From: Candidatus Palauibacter soopunensis
GTDB lineage: Bacteria > Gemmatimonadota > Gemmatimonadetes > Palauibacterales > Palauibacteraceae
DNA length: 64,000 nt
Direction: 5' to 3'
NCBI RefSeq assembly: GCF_947581735.1
Contig: NZ_CANPVT010000026.1
Location: 8,841 to 72,840, forward strand
Below the pieces are notes generated by a model. The model ran no database searches. It was not told the origin of the DNA and saw only the letters and a list, made by a program, of their open reading frames with translations. A program made the position numbers and the translations under genes. This document shows positions 40,701 to 48,745 of this stretch, in pieces (within the stretch, counting starts at the first letter, position 1; each line of letters begins with the position of its first letter).

Positions 40701-40973
40701 AAGAACCCCGGGGACCCGAAGAACGGAGGTCAGGTCAACTTCGGCGAGGCGAGGTACGGCAAGGCTCTTTCCATGGCCCTCTCCATTCCCGCCCGAGTCC
40801 GGAACGGCTGCTTCGAAGCCGTCGCTTCGCAGAAGGGAGGCTGGAAGTTCTGGGATCCGGCCCTCGAGATCCGCCGCAACCAGGCCCGGCTCACGGAGGG
40901 CCACCGCTTCGACGATTTCGGGGACGACTTCGGAGACGACGCCCGGGGTGGCGGGGAGGGCGCCGGTGGCTGA
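37791..40973 (+). CDS. addB: AddB-like helicase-nuclease subunit (inactivated helicase-like N-part, C-terminal PD-(D/E)XK nuclease)
   Basis: 1060 aa. C-terminal GSIDRVDRV...HHVLDYKSGK is an AddB/RecB-family nuclease motif. There is no Walker A and no CxxCx5C Fe-S cluster. Acidic FDDFGDDFGDD tail. Confidence 0.65.
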   Translation: MPLNVVRAPAAAPLWEACVDRFLAEAAAPAEAGTGARAWIWLNHRNLRDLLFEAAHERGLPGWLDPPVTLFGELTDRFGIREKSVGLLTRRRLVSRDAARLGRRILGREPGRGDGVIRGHMLDRLFGDLLPEGVPPGELERALAQLPGDDFARRRNAWAVAVYRAYLASLEKRGFLDRRSVNARIAERIEAGGLAAAIGGATELHVYSIASPRTRRRMLEALSRQDEVEVHLYLPLESEPDPFFDTLAARTEVIGALGESGDGGGAGPLAVQPVPDAAREMAWVARQVKEILAAGTAEPHRIAVVARSGRENTHRAYRALRRAGVSATARIRTPLDEVPALRALLLILRGAARNWDYRSLRAVLAHPYFDTRVDLRGIDTIAALRRVVGLDAWSENLERLRTLVADAAREIRGRGLFADRIEKDIEAFAAMRDVLEPLGEARSEAAWIDLTLGLLREERGVFRLRRRVCDPVEERWEVVRSDQRGILLLERLLREWRDLDHPDDPLSPAGWHALLGKLLQTNELVLSTPGQKGVQVLEAHDAALVPFAHTFVVHANDGEFPRATGSTGVFTDGERRRLAELDLPVAHRDETLRRERALWRAVTQQSGPVWITYRTTDAGGTPLLPSLMVPPHEDAAELPRVRRPVDDGEPVTPAEADRRAAFSLYRTLGTPDSTERPGIAPARPGRLARAVVAAAGETHRGPGLERYPGFFVPAPPANDAGVLHPAFRPNPWNGHLRDPDVLRELERRFDDDYPWSAGQLEAYARSPFTFLIERLLRLEGVEEAEEETTPLTFGSVAHEILERFYAEFMDRLPTSLAGPAGRRLAEISEEVCAERAAKGEWLGVAALWEQTREGIVTGVRDYVAWELEHMAEDGERPVHTELRFGWDDERTFVDGEDVRGRISRLRLRGSIDRVDRVGEGAGVHHVLDYKSGKPPYKTWFDDATALQGVLYAQVMADRGYEMSSCRYRSIKNPGDPKNGGQVNFGEARYGKALSMALSIPARVRNGCFEAVASQKGGWKFWDPALEIRRNQARLTEGHRFDDFGDDFGDDARGGGEGAGG

Positions 40974-43900
40974 GATCCGGTGGACTCCGGAGCAGGTGCG
41001 CGCGATCCAGTCGGAGGACGACACGCTGCTCGTCGCCAACGCCGGCACGGGCAAGACGACGACCGTGGTGGGGAAGATCATGTGGCGGCTCGGCCTTCCC
41101 TTCGGCGTGAACGGCGAGACGGGGGAACCGCTCGCGCCGCCCGCCGTCCCCTGCCGCCTGGACGAGATCGCCGCCATCACGTTCACGGAGAAGGCGGCCT
41201 ACGATCTCAAGCGGCAGCTCCGAAAGCGGATCGAGGCCTCGTCGCGCGCGGACGAATTGCGCTGGGAGATCGACCGCGCCTCGGTCGGCACCATCCACTC
41301 CTTCTGCGGCGAACTGCTCCGCGAACACGCGCTGCGCCTGGGGATCGATCCGACCTTCGAGATCCTCGATGAAGACGAGGCGTGGGCCGAGCAGGACGAA
41401 CTCATCAAGACGCTCCTGCTCGACAGACTCGAAGAGGGGAACGCCGCGGCCCGGGCGATCCTGCGCCGGTGGAAACTCACGGGCTGGCAGCACTCCAACG
41501 GCGCGATCGACCACGTCCGGGATGTGCTCCGCGACCTGAGGTGGCGGGACCGGCGGTACGCGGGATGGCTCCGGAGCGCCGCGCCGCCGGCGAGCGACGG
41601 CACGCTCGACCTGTTTGCGTCCGACAGTTCCGGCCTCGATCTGCCGGCGGTGAAGCGCCTGTTCCCGGAGAGCGACGAAAAGGACGAGGAGGCCCTCGCG
41701 ATCTGTTCGGAACTGGTCGAACTGGCACTCGAAGCCCGAACGCGCTGGGACGCCTGGCTCGAGGAAGAGAACCGGCGCGACTTCGACAGCGTCGTCCTGG
41801 GGGCGGCCGATCTCCTGCTCGGTCCCGTCGGCGCCGCCGCGCTCGGCGCGATCCGGGATCGCTACCGGATGCTCATCATCGACGAGTTTCAGGACACCGA
41901 CTTCACGCAGCGCGACATCGCCTTCGCCATCGGACGCGGCGAGGATCGTCCCCAGCTCTTTCTCGTCGGCGATCCGAAGCAAAGCATCTACCGCTTCCGC
42001 GGCGCCGACATCTCGGTGTGGAACGCCGTCGCCGATAACTTCGGCGAGAAGGGCGACATCCTCGACCTTCCGCGGAACTTCCGCAGCGCCCCTCCGATCG
42101 TCGACTTCGTGAACATCGTCGGCCGCGTCTCGATGGACGAGACGGGCGATGCGCTCGCCGAGGAAGGGCTGCCCAGCCGGATCGACTACGCGGACCTCGT
42201 GGCGGGCGTCGACGATCATGAGCAGGCCGGCGTCGAGTGGATCCCGGCGCAGGGGAAGAACGTAGCCGAGCGCCGCGAATCCGAGGCCGTCCGCATCGCC
42301 TCCCGGGTCCTCGCGTCGGTGGGCCGCGACGAAATCCGCGATCCCGACAGCGGCGAACTTCGTCCGCTCGCGTTCCGCGACATCGCCCTCCTTTACCGCG
42401 CCCGCAGCGGGCTCGAGCACTTCGAGACGGCACTCAAGCGCCACGGCATCCCCTACTTCGTCGCCGGCATGACGCACCTCGGGGAACGTCAGGAGATCCT
42501 CGATGTCCTCAACGCGCTCCGGTTGCTCGGGAACGAGCGCGACGACCTGCGCGCCTTCGGCTACCTCCGCTCGCCCTTCGTGGGTCTCCGGGATGAGACG
42601 ATCGCCCGCATCCGCCTGCTGCAGCGGGGGGGACCGCTCCTGCGCCAGGCGAAGCGATGGCTGGAGGAGGGGGAATGGCCGGAGGCACCCGACCACCCGC
42701 AACTGGCCGGCATCGAACGCCGTGCACTGGAGGATGGGCTCTCGGTCCTCGATGACCTGCGCCAGCTCGCCCCGCGGCTCGCGCTCGACGAGGTCATCGA
42801 GGAGCTGCTCGAACGCACCGGATACCGTCTGCATGTGCTGCTCATGGAAGGGGCGGAGGAGGTCCTCGCGAACCTCCAGAGTCTCATCCACTTCGCGGAG
42901 TCCCACCGCGCGCACGACCTCTCGACCTTCTTCGAGGTGTGGGATCGATCGACGAGCCGCGACGTCGGGCTTCCGCAGGCGCCCCTCTATTCGAAGGACG
43001 ACGACGTCGTCACGCTGTCGACGATCCATCAGGCGAAGGGGCTGGAGTGGCCGGTCGTCTTCCTGATCGGCGTCGACCGGCGGCTCTGGAGTCCGCGTAC
43101 GAACGAATACTGGTCCGACCCGGAACTCGGACCTCTCTTCTGCCTCAAGGCGTCCGACCGGGGGGTGCGCGGCGACCGGATCCTGCGGCGCGAGGAACTC
43201 GAGGCGACGGCGGAGGAAGCGCGTCTTCTGTACGTGGCGGCGACGCGGGCCCGCGACCGCCTGATCGTCGTCGGCCCGACGGACGGGAGGAAGGGGTACG
43301 ACCGCTGGCTCGTCCGTGGCGGGGCCGACGTGCGGAGCCACGTGGACACGCCGGCCGTCCCGCGGACGAGCCGCCCGCCGACGCTGGAGTGGCTGGACCG
43401 GTACGAAACGGCGACGCCGCCGGCGTTGATCCAGCCGCTCCCCGAGCCGCCGCTCCGCTGGACCTGCTCGGCGACCGAACTCATGCTCCTGGAAGAGGAT
43501 CCTGAAGAATGGGAGCGCCGGTACAGGCACGGCGCCCTCGCCCCCTGGCACTTTGCGCCCGAAACCTCGCCGGAGGAGACGGGACTCCCGGCCCTGGTCC
43601 GGGGCCAGATCATCCACGGCGTGCTGGAGCGGCTGGAGGCGGAAGCGGAGATCGCCCGCGTCGTCGAGGAGACGATCGGTTCGCTGGACGAGCCCGAACT
43701 CGAGGCCATGCTCCGTCCGGGCAGCGAATACCGCGAGCAACTTGAGGAGGAGATCCGCCGGGTCGCCGCGAGCGAGGAGTGGGCCTGGTACACGGAGGGC
43801 GACCTCGGCCGCGACTACTGGAAGGAACTCACCTTCACGCACCTCGTGGAAGCACGGGATTGGCGGTTCGGCGCCTTCGACCTCTACCGGCGTCTCACAG

Positions 43901-44166
43901 GTCCCGCCACCGGCCCGGCCCCCGGCACCGCGCCTTCCCGCCTGGCCGGAGCCCTCGGTTTGGAAGAGGGACTGAACGCCCTCGTCATCGACTTCAAGAC
44001 GCACGACATCACGGCCGCGCAGGCGCCGCGCGCGGCCCGCGACTACCGGATCCAGGCGGATGTATACCGGGCGGCTGCGTCGAGCATGGCCGGCCGGGTC
44101 GCCGTGGGCCTGCACTTCACCGGCCCGAACGAACTCGTTCCCATGTCGGAGCAGGCGCAGCCCTGA
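40948..44166 (+). CDS. addA: AddA-like UvrD-family helicase with C-terminal RecB-type nuclease
   Basis: Walker A ANAGTGKTTT. UvrD motifs (IIDEFQDTD, VGDPKQSIYRFRGA). C-terminal nuclease LVIDFKTHD...DYRIQADVY. GTG start overlaps the addB 3' end. Confidence 0.8.
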   Translation: MAGRAPVAEIRWTPEQVRAIQSEDDTLLVANAGTGKTTTVVGKIMWRLGLPFGVNGETGEPLAPPAVPCRLDEIAAITFTEKAAYDLKRQLRKRIEASSRADELRWEIDRASVGTIHSFCGELLREHALRLGIDPTFEILDEDEAWAEQDELIKTLLLDRLEEGNAAARAILRRWKLTGWQHSNGAIDHVRDVLRDLRWRDRRYAGWLRSAAPPASDGTLDLFASDSSGLDLPAVKRLFPESDEKDEEALAICSELVELALEARTRWDAWLEEENRRDFDSVVLGAADLLLGPVGAAALGAIRDRYRMLIIDEFQDTDFTQRDIAFAIGRGEDRPQLFLVGDPKQSIYRFRGADISVWNAVADNFGEKGDILDLPRNFRSAPPIVDFVNIVGRVSMDETGDALAEEGLPSRIDYADLVAGVDDHEQAGVEWIPAQGKNVAERRESEAVRIASRVLASVGRDEIRDPDSGELRPLAFRDIALLYRARSGLEHFETALKRHGIPYFVAGMTHLGERQEILDVLNALRLLGNERDDLRAFGYLRSPFVGLRDETIARIRLLQRGGPLLRQAKRWLEEGEWPEAPDHPQLAGIERRALEDGLSVLDDLRQLAPRLALDEVIEELLERTGYRLHVLLMEGAEEVLANLQSLIHFAESHRAHDLSTFFEVWDRSTSRDVGLPQAPLYSKDDDVVTLSTIHQAKGLEWPVVFLIGVDRRLWSPRTNEYWSDPELGPLFCLKASDRGVRGDRILRREELEATAEEARLLYVAATRARDRLIVVGPTDGRKGYDRWLVRGGADVRSHVDTPAVPRTSRPPTLEWLDRYETATPPALIQPLPEPPLRWTCSATELMLLEEDPEEWERRYRHGALAPWHFAPETSPEETGLPALVRGQIIHGVLERLEAEAEIARVVEETIGSLDEPELEAMLRPGSEYREQLEEEIRRVAASEEWAWYTEGDLGRDYWKELTFTHLVEARDWRFGAFDLYRRLTGPATGPAPGTAPSRLAGALGLEEGLNALVIDFKTHDITAAQAPRAARDYRIQADVYRAAASSMAGRVAVGLHFTGPNELVPMSEQAQP

Positions 44167-44236
44167 TCCCGGGCGTGGCGGGATCGGGTGCCGCTTCGCA
44201 GGATCAGAGATCACACCCCTGCGAGGAGTCGAGCCG

Positions 44237-45535
44237 ATGACCGGGACACTGGAACGCTGGTTCAGGCTGTCGGAGCGCGGCTCCGACGTGCGGACGGAGG
44301 TGATCGCGGGGGTCACGACGTTCCTGACGATGGTCTACATCGCCTTCGTCAATCCGTCGATCCTCTCCGAGGCCGGCATGCCGTTCGGTCCCGTGTTCGT
44401 CGCAACCTGCCTCGCGGCGGCGTTCGCCACGCTCGTGATGGGGCTGTACGCGAACTACCCCATCGCGCTGGCGCCGGGGATGGGGTTGAACGCCTTCTTC
44501 ACCTACGGCGTCGTGCTCGGAATGGGGTATCCCTGGGAGGTCGCGCTCGGGGCCGTGTTCCTGTCGGGGACGCTGTTCGTCACGCTGAGCGTGCTTCCCG
44601 TCCGGCGCTGGATCATCGACGCGATCCCACGGGGCCAGAAAATGGCGATCTCGGCCGGCATCGGGATCTTCCTCGGGGTGATCGCGCTGCGGGCCGCGGG
44701 GATCATCGAGGGGAGCCCGGCCACGCTCGTCACCGTGGGCGAACTGACGTCGGCGCCGGCCGTGCTCGCCCTGCTCGGCTTCTGCGCGATCGCGGCGCTC
44801 TCGGCGCGTCGCGTTCCGGGCGCGGCGATCCTCGGCATGCTCGGCGTGACGGCGATCGGCCTGATCCTGGGCGTTTCCGAATGGCGCGGCTTCGCGTCGC
44901 TGCCCCCGGATCCGACCCCCACGCTGTTCGCGCTCGACATCGGCGCCGCGCTGCACATGGGCATGATCGCCGTCATCTTCACGTTCCTCATCGTCGACCT
45001 CTTCGACACGGCCGGCACGCTGGTCGGCGTCGCGCACCAAGCCGACCTTCTCGATGACGACGGGCGGTTGCCGCGCATCCAGCGGGCCCTCATGGCCGAC
45101 TCGACCGGGACCGTGGCCGGAACCCTGCTCGGCACCTCGTCGGTCACCAGCTATATCGAGAGCGCCGCGGGCGTGAGCGCCGGCGGCCGCACCGGCCTGA
45201 CCGCCGTCGTCGTGTCCGGACTGTTCCTGGTCTGTCTCTTCCTCGCGCCGCTGGCGGAGTCCGTCCCCTCCTTCGCGACCGCGGCGGCGATCCTGTACGT
45301 CGCCTGTCTCATGGCCCGCGCGTTGAAGGACGTGGAATGGGACGACATCACGGAGTCCGCCGCCGCGGTCGTGACCGCGATCGCCATACCCCTCACGTAC
45401 TCCATCGCCGACGGAATCGGCCTCGGCTTCATCACCTATGTGGCCATCAAGGTGCTGGCGGGCCGCTGGCGCGAATGTCCGCCGATGCTGCTCGTGGTGG
45501 CGCTGGTGTTCGCCGCGAAGTTCATCTGGCTGTAA
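44237..45535 (+). CDS. NCS2-family purine permease (AzgA/PbuG-like adenine/guanine/hypoxanthine transporter)
   Basis: 432 aa with about 12 TM segments. The N-terminal FKLSERGT-like motif (WFRLSERGSDVRTEVIAGVTTFLTM) is typical of AzgA-type NCS2 permeases. Confidence 0.8.
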   Translation: MTGTLERWFRLSERGSDVRTEVIAGVTTFLTMVYIAFVNPSILSEAGMPFGPVFVATCLAAAFATLVMGLYANYPIALAPGMGLNAFFTYGVVLGMGYPWEVALGAVFLSGTLFVTLSVLPVRRWIIDAIPRGQKMAISAGIGIFLGVIALRAAGIIEGSPATLVTVGELTSAPAVLALLGFCAIAALSARRVPGAAILGMLGVTAIGLILGVSEWRGFASLPPDPTPTLFALDIGAALHMGMIAVIFTFLIVDLFDTAGTLVGVAHQADLLDDDGRLPRIQRALMADSTGTVAGTLLGTSSVTSYIESAAGVSAGGRTGLTAVVVSGLFLVCLFLAPLAESVPSFATAAAILYVACLMARALKDVEWDDITESAAAVVTAIAIPLTYSIADGIGLGFITYVAIKVLAGRWRECPPMLLVVALVFAAKFIWL

Positions 45536-45587
45536 CCTCCCGGCGCGTGAACACGTTGGCCCTGATCCTCCTCGATAGAGAGGCTGA

Positions 45588-46373
45588 ATGAATCTGACCG
45601 CACGGTCATTTCGCGGGCTGTCCACAGTGTTGCTCTTTCTCGCGGTGCCGGCGGCCGCGGCGGGACAGACGGAGTTTCAACTCCAGCTCGGCAAGCTGGT
45701 GGATCCGTTCGCGGACATGAGGCACGGGACGACCGTCGTCACCTTCCAGAACGCCGCGCAGTGGTCGTGGGGCGACCATTTCATGTTCTTCGACTACACG
45801 GCGGATGGGGGAAACGACGGGTTCAACGAGAAAGACCTGTACGGGGAATGGTATCCATCGCTGAGTCTGGGGAAGATCAGCGGGGGCCGTGTGGGGCTCG
45901 GTCCGATCCGCGACTTCGCCGTGCTGGGTGGCGTGAACTACGGCTCGCAGGCGAAGGTGTTGAAGTACACGCCCGGGTTCCGTGCGTCGTGGGACATCCC
46001 GGGGTTCATCTTCCTCAACACGGACTTCGCCCGCATGGTCGACGCTTCGAGCGGGGCCGACCACGGCGGCGCGCCGAAGACGGACGATGGCTGGATGTTC
46101 GACGTGAACTGGCTCGCGACGTGGGAGATGCTGGGTCAGACGTTCACCTTCACCGGCCATGCGGAGTACATCAGCGCCGTGACGAACGAGTTCGGCGGCG
46201 AAGTCCGCGCCTGGATCCTTGCCCAGCCGCAGTTGACCGTGGACCTGGGCCGAATCCTGGGCGGCGACGGAGGTCGTCTCATGAGCGGCATCGAATACCA
46301 GTACTGGCGCAACAAGCTGGGGACGGACGTGTCGGAGAGCGTGGTCCAGTTTCTCGTCGTTTGGCGGCTGTGA
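45588..46373 (+). CDS. Outer-membrane beta-barrel channel, Tsx/OmpK-like (tentative nucleoside-specific channel)
   Basis: Signal peptide (LLFLAVPAAAAGQ). 261 aa, aromatic-rich with alternating strands. The EYQYW motif near the C-terminus resembles Tsx. Assignment is tentative. Confidence 0.45.
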   Translation: MNLTARSFRGLSTVLLFLAVPAAAAGQTEFQLQLGKLVDPFADMRHGTTVVTFQNAAQWSWGDHFMFFDYTADGGNDGFNEKDLYGEWYPSLSLGKISGGRVGLGPIRDFAVLGGVNYGSQAKVLKYTPGFRASWDIPGFIFLNTDFARMVDASSGADHGGAPKTDDGWMFDVNWLATWEMLGQTFTFTGHAEYISAVTNEFGGEVRAWILAQPQLTVDLGRILGGDGGRLMSGIEYQYWRNKLGTDVSESVVQFLVVWRL

Positions 46374-46393
46374 ACGCCGTCCCCGTCCCCCGC

Positions 46394-47783
46394 ATGATGA
46401 GCAGGCGGCTCGCAGGCTGCCTGCTGGCGGGTTCGTTGCTTGCCGCCGCGGGGGTTGTCACCGGAGACGCCGGCCGGCTCTCGGCTCAGACGCCCGAGCA
46501 GCGCTACTCCGACTGGGTCCGACCGGGCTTCCGCCCGCAGGAGTACGAGTTTCGCCGCAACCGCATCCTCGACGGCCTGCGCGCCACCGGGGGCGGCCTC
46601 CTGCTCGTGCCTTCGTCGGACGGCATCACGCACGGCGGGACGTTCCGGCAGCTCGAGAACTTCTGGTATCTGACGGGGTTGGAAGTCCCTCAGTCGATGC
46701 TCGTGCTGGACGCCGGCCGCGACGTTGCGATTCTCTTCATGCCGCAGCGGGATCCGCGCTTCGAGAACCCGGGCCGGCCGAACGACTTCCCGGGCCGGCC
46801 ACTGCTCGAGGACTACCAGATCCGCGGCATCGGCGGCGCCGACGACTATCGGGACATCGCTGAACTCGAAGGCTTTGTGCGCGAACGCGTGAGGAGGGGC
46901 GAGATCCTTCGGGTGAACGCGGGCGCCGCGGGCGAAGTCCCCGATCCGGTCGTTCCCCCTGGTCGGGAATCTCGACCCCACGGCGTCTCTCATCCGGCGG
47001 CTGCGGGACGACCATCCCGAGGCGGAACTGGTCAACGCGTTCGAGATCGTCGCCCGCCTGCGCATGGTGAAGTCGCCCGCGGAGATCATGCGCATGCGCC
47101 GTGCGGCGGACGCCACCATGGCCGGGATCCGGGCCGCCGCCGCCCTCGTTCGGCCGGGGGTCGATGAGCGCACCCTCCAGGGCGAGTTCGAGCGCGCCTG
47201 CAGGGAGGCGGGCGCCCAGTCCATCCCCTTCACGCCCATCATCAAGTCGGGCCCCAACAGCCTGTGGCCGTGGCGTGTGCTCGCCGCCCACTACAACCGC
47301 CGCAACCGCACGCTGCAGGACGGCGACCTCGTGATCTTCGACGTGGGGTGCGAGATCAACGGCTACGTGAGCGACGTGGGCCGGACTTTCCCGGTGAACG
47401 GCGCCTTCACCGAGATCCAGCGGGAGAAGCTCCTCGTGAGCACGCGGGCGGCGGAGGCCGTGATCGCCGCCGTGCGCCCGGGCGTCACCCTGCGCGAGCT
47501 CACCCGGGTGGCGTACGACGCGATCCCCGATGAGGAAGCGCCGTACATGCAGACGCCCTCCTTCTTCGGCCACCACATCGGGCTCTCGACCGGAGACCCC
47601 TCCCTCCTCGACGAGCCCCTCGCCCCCGGAATGGTGTTCACGATCGAGCCGTGGTACTACAACCACGACCTCGGCGTCTCGGTGTTCGTGGAAGAGGTCG
47701 TCCTCGTCACCGAGGAAGGAGCCGAAGTCCTCACCGACGCGCTCCCCCGCGACCCGGAAGCTCTGGAGGAATTGGTCCCGTGA
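46394..47783 (+). pseudogene. pepP: Xaa-Pro aminopeptidase (M24B, PepP-like) with a +1 frameshift at a C5 homopolymer (46955-46959)
   Basis: The N-domain (signal peptide plus creatinase-N-like part) is in frame 2 up to about 46957. The catalytic pita-bread domain (HHIGLSTGD, metal ligands D..D..H..E..E) is in frame 0 from about 46959 to stop 47783. Removing one C gives a continuous ...EVPDPVVPLVGNLDPTASLIRRL... protein. This could be a sequencing error or a genuine inactivation. Confidence 0.65.
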
Positions 47784-48733
47784 AAAAGAAAGCCATCCAG
47801 ACGGTGCGACCGGTCGCGGTGCTCAGTGCGGTGTTGGCGGCGTGCGGGCCGCAGAGTTGGCCCGATCCGCCGCCGGTGGAGGCCGACGTGTTGGCGGTCG
47901 AGCATGAGGAGTGGCGGGACGGGAGGCGGCGCAGCCTCGCGAATCCCAACGCGGGCGTCATCAGTTGGGATGGGCTTTTCGAACTGCGGGAAGGCGCGAA
48001 CTCGTTCGGGTCCGATCCATCCGCGTCCATCGTCCTGCCTGAGGAAGACGCGCCGCCCCTGGCCGGTACGCTGTACCTGGAGGATGGGGCCGTGCGTCTC
48101 GTCCCCGAGGGCGGGAGTGGTCTGCATCTGAGAGACCAGGTGACCGGCGCGGTCGGCGATCCTGTCACGGAACCCATGCCGCTGCCGGACGACCGGAGCG
48201 AGGGGACGATCCGTTTGGCGCTGGGTTCGCTCGGGATGCGGGTCCACGCGGAGCCTGGAACGGAGAGGCTTTGGCTCCGCGTCTGGGATACGGACGCGCC
48301 GCGTCTCGATACCTTCGAGCTTCCCGAGTACTTCCCGATCACGAACGAATGGCGCGTCACGGCGCGGTTCGAGCCCTATGCGGAGCCGCGCACGGTGACG
48401 CTGGGGGATGTGCGGGGCGGTACGCTCGAGAACATGGCCCCCGGAGATCTCGTCTTCCGCGTCGACGGGGCGGAACACCGCCTCATGGCCTTCGCCGGCG
48501 CGTCGAGCCGCTCGTACTTCATCAGCCTGTGGGACTCGACCGCCGTCACCGACACCTACCAGGCGGGCCGCTACATGCGCGCGCCCTTCCCGGACGACGA
48601 CGGGTGGACGACGATCGATTTCAACCGAGCCTACAACGCACCGTGCGCCTTCACCCCGCACTCCGTATGCAGTCTCCCACCACGCGAGAACTACCTCCGC
48701 TTCGCCCTCACCGCCGGTGAGAAGCGCCCGTAG
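47780..48733 (+). CDS. DUF1684-family lipoprotein
   Basis: GTG start overlaps the pepP stop (GTGA). Lipobox LSAVLAAC. The C-terminal IDFNRAYNAPCAF motif is recalled from DUF1684 proteins. Confidence 0.55.
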   Translation: MKKKAIQTVRPVAVLSAVLAACGPQSWPDPPPVEADVLAVEHEEWRDGRRRSLANPNAGVISWDGLFELREGANSFGSDPSASIVLPEEDAPPLAGTLYLEDGAVRLVPEGGSGLHLRDQVTGAVGDPVTEPMPLPDDRSEGTIRLALGSLGMRVHAEPGTERLWLRVWDTDAPRLDTFELPEYFPITNEWRVTARFEPYAEPRTVTLGDVRGGTLENMAPGDLVFRVDGAEHRLMAFAGASSRSYFISLWDSTAVTDTYQAGRYMRAPFPDDDGWTTIDFNRAYNAPCAFTPHSVCSLPPRENYLRFALTAGEKRP

Positions 48734-48745
48734 CCGACGCCTGGC

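Noticed and set aside
40891-44316. 1141-aa minus-strand ORF
   Set aside because: Antisense to the addA helicase gene, which has clear Walker A and UvrD motifs. The minus-strand translation is Arg/Gly-rich with no motifs.
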